Origin: Perna viridis
Taxonomy: Eukaryota
Assembly: GCA_037379345.1 (NCBI GenBank)
Contig: CM074514.1
Coordinates: 27,032,001 to 27,096,000 of the forward strand
Direction of reading: 5' to 3'
Length of the DNA stretch: 64,000 nt
Shown: in pieces, positions 63,017-64,000 of the stretch
Layout: each line of letters opens with the position of its first letter
How positions within the stretch are numbered: position 1 is the first letter of the stretch
Position numbers and translations under genes: made by a program
Notes under the pieces: generated by a model
Told to the model about the DNA's origin: nothing
The model's database searches: none
Seen by the model: only the letters and a program-made list of their open reading frames with translations

Positions 63017-64000
63017 CAAATGACTTTGCTTTGTATCCACGACATTCTCCTCCGCAGACTTATAAATGCTCCCGGATTCACTACAGGATGTGAAAATTGT
63101 TTCACAAGGCATGGGCACAACTCATTACAAATCCGCTAAGATATTTCTGGTGTACTGTACTAATAATTGACGGGATTTAGCACTGAGTGTGGTAGAGGCG
63201 TAAAGTTTGGAAATAACGAATATTCACTCTGTGGGGAGCAGATTGTCTGACCATATGGATATTTGTTTAGTACATGTACATTAATTATGCATTCCAACTA
63301 ACAGAATAAAAAAAATCAGATGATTTATAAAAAGATGAATAGCTTGTCTGTTGAGACAAAATTCTGCAAATATTTCCCTTAGTTGGTATGCATTATATAA
63401 AAAGAAAAGTAAAGAAGTTTGAAAAAAATGCATTATTTAAAATAAATGATCTAATATGGGTTATAAAAATCAAACAGGATATTCGCCTAAATCCATTCTT
63501 AACCAACCACAAATACCCAATTTAAAGTAACAAGTATACAAAAAATACGTTCACATTACGGGAAATAAAATTCGGACACAAATGGGTTTAAGCAGAAGAC
63601 GAAGGCAACTTCAGCAGTTAATAGTGTTCCAGACTATTTTTTACTCTGAATGGCCAACATTTTGCACGAAATTAACAATATTTTATTGAGCAAATAAGGG
63701 GGTTCACCCATTAGATCCACTACAGTTTAGGGTAGAGGGACGTCCGTTGGTGTGAAATTGGGAAATAACATATTATGGGAACACTTTACATCCTACAAAT
63801 GAACATGAACTTTAAGGGAGTAATGTACAATTTAACACGTACACTTATTTTCCAACTTGGTATTTAAATTCATAGGTTGGGGTTGTTTACACGTCGAGGA
63901 CGATAAATGTCATTTCAAAATAAACAAAGTGTACATGTTGACTATAGTTAATACAATATACGCAAGTCATTTGTATAGATTACAAGGAAGAAATAAACAA

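Overview
This is AT-rich, intron-rich animal DNA, not prokaryotic. The repeat content (Meta/Deu-type SINE, Helentron-type element with ~160-bp internal repeats, Penelope-like RT fragments) points to a bivalve mollusc; that is an inference. Host genes: (1) an uninterrupted 1259-aa ORF for a disordered plus coiled-coil protein (339-4118, +); (2) a gene the ORF track misses, reconstructed by hand as 20 coding exons on the minus strand (24085-5756), all GT-AG and phase-consistent, giving 753 aa. It encodes a secreted right-handed beta-helix protein resembling bacterial GH141-related carbohydrate-active proteins; (3) a tandem array of core-2/I-branching beta-1,6-GlcNAc transferase (GT14) copies: one intact two-exon gene (57970-54063), one full-length pseudogene (35353-32751) and a 5' relic (~27350-27465). 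The rest is mostly transposon debris: two CR1/L2-type LINEs, a DIRS1-like and a Ngaro-like tyrosine-recombinase retroelement, Penelope-like fragments, Tc1 and Harbinger relics, several foldback MITEs and minisatellites. The best candidate for an undescribed system is the intron-rich, bacterial-type beta-helix gene. No rRNA, intact tRNA or CRISPR array was found. Family assignments come from recognised motifs, not database searches.
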